Both the position numbers and the translations under genes were made by a program. A stretch of 64,000 nucleotides of DNA. It comes from Octopus vulgaris (Eukaryota). The stretch lies in the NCBI GenBank assembly GCA_951406725.2, contig OX597828.1, positions 13,020,001 through 13,084,000 of the forward strand, in the 5' to 3' direction. A model generated the notes under the pieces. The model was given only the letters and a program-made list of their open reading frames with translations, had not been told where the DNA came from and ran no database searches. Positions 59,264 through 64,000 of the stretch are shown here, one piece after another (the first letter of the stretch is position 1; each line of letters starts with the position of its first letter).

Positions 59264-60794
59264 TAAAAGAGAAAGAGTAGATAACCGTAACAAATGATTT
59301 AACACAGTAGGACCCAGTATTGATTTGTAAAGCATTTAATATGCTCTGTAGTATATTATGGTTGCCTAATGAAATACAGTGTCCCCCTCAAGTAATTAAT
59401 CTGGTTCTAAGACACAAACTTCACATTTTAAGGGATTCTAAATTAAAACCTTCCAATAAAAATATCATGATAACGACAAAGTTATTTTTCTAAATTCCTC
59501 ATAGTTTTAAAAATGAATTGAAACGAAGTAGAGTATTTTAATAGAAATATGGTAACAAAAGGATTAAAAGGTAATTGCTTAATTACCATTTTATTGTCTG
59601 ATGATGTGTGTTTTATACATTATGCAAATGCAACGGAAAAAAACAAACAAACAATACGTTTAAGTTATGAAAACAAAAAGAAAAATGAGAAAATAAAAAA
59701 AGAAATCTTCCAAGAGTTTATTTCCATTGTCAGTCACCATTTTTGGTGACTTGATTTAAACACCAGCTACTGTAACAGCACAGTCTTTACACACACACAC
59801 ATATTTGTGTGTGTGCATGTGTATATATATAGACATATATATATATATGTGTATGTATGTATAAGTGTATATACACATGTATATACATATTTATATATAT
59901 ATGTATATATACACACACACATATATATGTATGTCTATGTAGGTATATATATTTATCTGTGTATATGTGTATATATATATAATACTTTATTATGATTATA
60001 TCAACCCTCATAAGAAATCTCCACATTTGACATACATAAACATTGTTTGTTTTTTGTTTTTTTCCTTGTGAAACTAATCCGCAGTAAAGATTAAACACAG
60101 AAATTCATTCTGTTTTGCTCTGCCGAAATGGCATTTAGATTAGTAAATGATTAAATTTGCTATCGCATGTATTAAAATAAATGTTAACAGAAAAGAAAAA
60201 GACAATAACATAGAAAAAAAAAAAAAATTAAATATAACCCAATTACCCTGAAGATGCTCTGCAAAGAAGTGTAATTTCCTTTTTCTACCAAATATTAAAT
60301 ATTATACAAGAATGATGATTCTTTTAACTTACTCACAGATTCATGCTTCCAGTATTATCAAGAGAGAAAGAGGGGTGGAAAAAAAAAAAGGAAATTTATT
60401 TATGACAAATGAGAGACAAAGGACTTGTTTAGCAGTGTCGTTAAATATATATATATATATGTTGTTTTTTTATTATTGAGTTTTTTCTCTCTCTCTTTTT
60501 AAGTTATATAATATTTGAACATTTTTCTCTTCCAAACTTCGATAAACAAAGACTGGAGTTGTTCATCAGTGGCTGTTAGTCTACAGAATTACAAAGCCAA
60601 GCCAGCATTACAGTTCCTGATAGTTCCAGATATATGATTGTTTCAGGATTTCTTTCTTTCTTTCATTTCAATTCAATTCAATTCAATTCCAATGAATCCC
60701 CCCTTAAAAGAACTCTGAAAACATAAAAAAAGATAAAATTTAACAAAATGGGTGCAATAATTCTTGAGCTCATAATAATAATAATAATAATAAC

Positions 60795-61145
60795 AACAAG
60801 AGCACTCAGAGAGCGCAAACCCCTGCCAAGGCAACACCAATCTCCTCTCAATGATTAGCCAGAGATGATTTTTAAAGTGAGAATATCTGAAATAAATTCA
60901 ACAGCTCTCACAAATGAGAATACTAAAAATGAACCTGACTGCTCTCAAAAATTAAGTAAAAAAACAGGAAAAATAATCCAGTATCCTTGTCCGATACCGG
61001 ATCGATCCCAAAATCTAATCAGTTTGTGCCAGTCATGAGGTCAAACATCTCTAAAGTTTCATCCGAATCCACCCAGCGGTTCTTGAGATATCTTGTCCAT
61101 GGACAAACAAACAAACACAACTGAAAACAATACCTCCGCCTTTGC
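60795..61145. mobile_element. Helentron/HINE-like non-autonomous element
   Basis: Structure AACAAGAGCACTCAGAGAGCGCAAACC...CCGGATCGATCCCAAAATCTAATCAG...(ACAA)n...AATACCTCCGCC is typical of this class (recognised from recall). Confidence 0.55.
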
Positions 61146-62709
61146 TAATATAGAGATAGTAGTAGCTGTAGTAATAATAATAATAATAATAATACATCGA
61201 CCCCAGTACTTTACTGGTACTTATTTTATAGATCTCAAAAGGATGAGAGACAAAGTAGATCTTGGCAGAATTTGGACTCGGAACGTAAAGACAGACAAAA
61301 TACCGAAGTATTTTGCCTGGTCTGCTAATAACTCTGCCAGCTCGCCACCTTAACAACAATAACAATAATAAGAAGAAGATATATCATGCTACTGAAGCAA
61401 TCAATATACTGAAGGCAGTGAGCTGGCAGAATCATTAGCATGCTGGGCAAAATGCTTAGTGGTATTTCATCTGCTGCTATGTTCTGAGTTCCAATTCCGC
61501 TGAGGTTGACTTTGCCTTTCGTCCTTGATTAAATAAGAAATAGTTGTGCACTGGGGTCAATGTAATCAACTTAATGCCTTTGTCTGTCCTTGTTTGTCCT
61601 ATATATCTTTAGCCCCTTGTGGGTAATAAAGAAATAAATATACTGATAGCAGAAGAGAGTAAAATTGATGTCAAAGAAGCTGAGAAAAAATTTTTAAATA
61701 TCAAAACTGAACCAGAGAGAGATGAAGAGATTGCAGAAGACAAGGATGAAATCTGTTCTTGTGGTGAATGGTGCATTCAGCACAACACCCAAACAGTTAC
61801 TTGAGAGATTAAAGGATATTAGAACTAAGACACATATTGTGAACTTGCAGACAAGTGCCATCTTGTATTCTACAAGAATTCCAAGAGAAATTCTTGAAAT
61901 CTGAGGAAACTTATTCGTCATCAAATCTCTTGGTATTATCTCTGCTAAATTAGCATGTAATAATATCATGTTAACAATTCTGCCAACTTGCCACCTTATA
62001 TATAATAATAATAATAATAATAATAACAACAACAACAACAACATTGGTTTCATATTTTGGCACAAGGCCAGCAATTTCTGGGGAGGGAGTTGATGACATC
62101 AATCTCAGTGCTCAACTGGTACTTATGTTGTTGACCCTACAAAAGGATGAAAGGCAAAGTCAACCACAGTGGAATTTGAACTCAGAATGTTAAGAGGGAC
62201 AAAATACTGCTAAGCATTTTGCCTGGTGCACTAACAATTCTGCCAGCTCACCACCATAATAATAATAATAATAATAATAATAACCCTTTCTACTAAAGAC
62301 ACAAGGCCTGAAATTTTGGGGGTAGAGGACTGGTCAATTACATTGAAACCCCCCCCCCCCAGTGTTTCACTGGTACTTAATTTATTGATCCCGAAAGGAT
62401 GAAAGGCAAAGTTGACCTTGGTAGAATTTGAACTCAGAAGGTAAGGACAGATAAAATGCTGCTAAGCATATCGCCCGGCTTGCTAACAATTCTGCAAATA
62501 ATCCTTTCTACTAAAGGCACAAGGACTGAAGTTTTGGGAGCGGGAACTAGTCAATTACTCCCAGGATTTCACTGGTACTTAATTTATTGATCCCGAAAGG
62601 ACAAAAGGCAAAGTTGACCCCAGCAGAATTTGAACCCAGAACATCAAGGTCAACAAAATGCCACTAAGCATTTTGGCCCGCATGTTAACAATTCTGCCCC
62701 CTTGCTGCC

Positions 62710-62741
<32 letters not shown>

Positions 62742-63513
62742 CCTTTCTATTATAGGCACAAGGCCTGAAATTTGGGAGGAGGGAGTTAAGTTGATTATAT
62801 CAACCCCAGTACTCAATTTATCAACCCTGAAAGGATGAAAGGCAAAGTCAACTTGGGCAGAATTTGAACTCAGAACATAGCGACAGACGAAATACCACTA
62901 AACATTTCATCCAGCGTGCTAACGATTCTGCCAGCTCGCCAACTTAATGGTTTCAAATTCTGGTACAAGGCTAGCTAATTACATCAGCCTCAATACTCAA
63001 CTGGTACTTAGTTTACCAGCTCTGAAAGGATGATAATAATAATAATAATAATAATTAGTATGGATATGGCAACACACACACACACACACAATAAATAAAT
63101 GAATAGAACCAAACATTAAAATATAAATATTAAAAGCTCGCAAATCAATTATTGAAGTAATATATATATCATACTTTATTTTCTTGTACCATTTATTACA
63201 AAGTGGTTCGACACATATTTTTTAGACATTGGTCAATTGTTAGCTTGGTCAACAGAAACATCTGAATTCAATATTGCAGGTGAAAAAGATACTCACCAAT
63301 TATACAGTGTCAACACTGAAGGTAGACTTAGCCCCACCACAACCCCAAGCCCCAGCAAATCAATGCATTAGGCTCTCTAGTATTTATTCATTGGCAGCAA
63401 GCCACAGCATACATAGCATAGGCCCTCAGAAATTCTGGGTTGGTGTCTAGCATGCAGGAAGACTACTGCAAGTGAGGCACCCCTCAGCTTTTGTTAAAGT
63501 ATGTCTTTCATCA

Positions 63514-63945
63514 TCATCATTGTTCGACCGTGGTCGAGACAATGGAATTTACTATGTTACGCCAGACTTCACGGTCCATCATAGCACTACGGAGGTCCTG
63601 TTGCTGGATGCCTGTATGCCTGGAGATTACATCAGGGTAGGAGAGTGTGCGCCCTCTGGTATCGTGAGTAGATGGCTTCCAGAGGAGAAGAGTAGAAATT
63701 GCCTCGTTTTCAGCTCTACAACAATGTCCAGCAAACTGGACTCTCCTACCTTTCACAAGAGATGATACAGGTGGTAGTTTCCCATATATTTGTACTTTGG
63801 TTGGATGATGCTCCCACGAGAGATTTTGAGCTCCCATAAGGAGGCGAGTAAGTTCCATCCAACTGCCTCTCAAGCTTCTTTGATAATGTCCAGGTTTCTG
63901 AGCCACATAGTAGAATTGGTTCGACTGTGGCTTTGAAGATTTGTC
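63514..63945 (-). mobile_element. RTE-type LINE 3' fragment
   Basis: SSLVKGRRVQFAGHCCRAENEAISTLLLWKPS..RGR..MMDREVWR; (TGA)n tail. Confidence 0.82.
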
Positions 63946-64000
63946 TCTAGAACTCGCTTCAAACCCAGGTTATGTCAGCGCCAATAATTGGTGGTGACTT

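Noticed and set aside
60245-60275. Hammerhead-like CTGAAGA-TGCtctGCA; similar weak hits at ~14860-14895, ~16977 and ~34920-34950
   Set aside because: They lack a properly placed GAAA box or pairable stems.

Overview
Eukaryotic, AT-rich, repeat-dense genomic DNA. The SINE families, microsatellites and gene architecture resemble an Octopus (coleoid cephalopod) genome; this is recognition from recall, not a search result. Two spliced host genes lie head-to-head. (1) On the minus strand, the 5' part of a stomatin-like protein 1 gene (STOML1/UNC-24 type): 5 coding exons, 12261->1607, 208 codons, continuing off the left edge, with a probable non-coding first exon near 14.36-14.41 kb. (2) On the plus strand, a complete 5-exon microsomal glutathione S-transferase 3 gene (MGST3, MAPEG family), 24141-53656, 141 aa, with a 19.8 kb first intron. 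Almost everything else is mobile DNA: several tRNA-derived SINE families; RTE, CR1 and R4/Dong LINE fragments; mariner, pogo, hAT and piggyBac-like relics or MITEs; non-autonomous Helitrons; a GG-ended MITE with 8-bp TSDs and internal telomeric repeats; and Penelope-like fragments in (TA)n runs carrying minimal hammerhead ribozyme motifs. Top leads: MGST3 encodes Lys (AAA) where MAPEG proteins normally have Arg, a single A-to-I edit away from Arg (AGA); a cluster of minimal hammerhead motifs with palindromic stem III; a 285-bp foldback; and an internally inverted MITE followed by a palindrome. Most ORFs in the supplied track are microsatellite or SINE artefacts.
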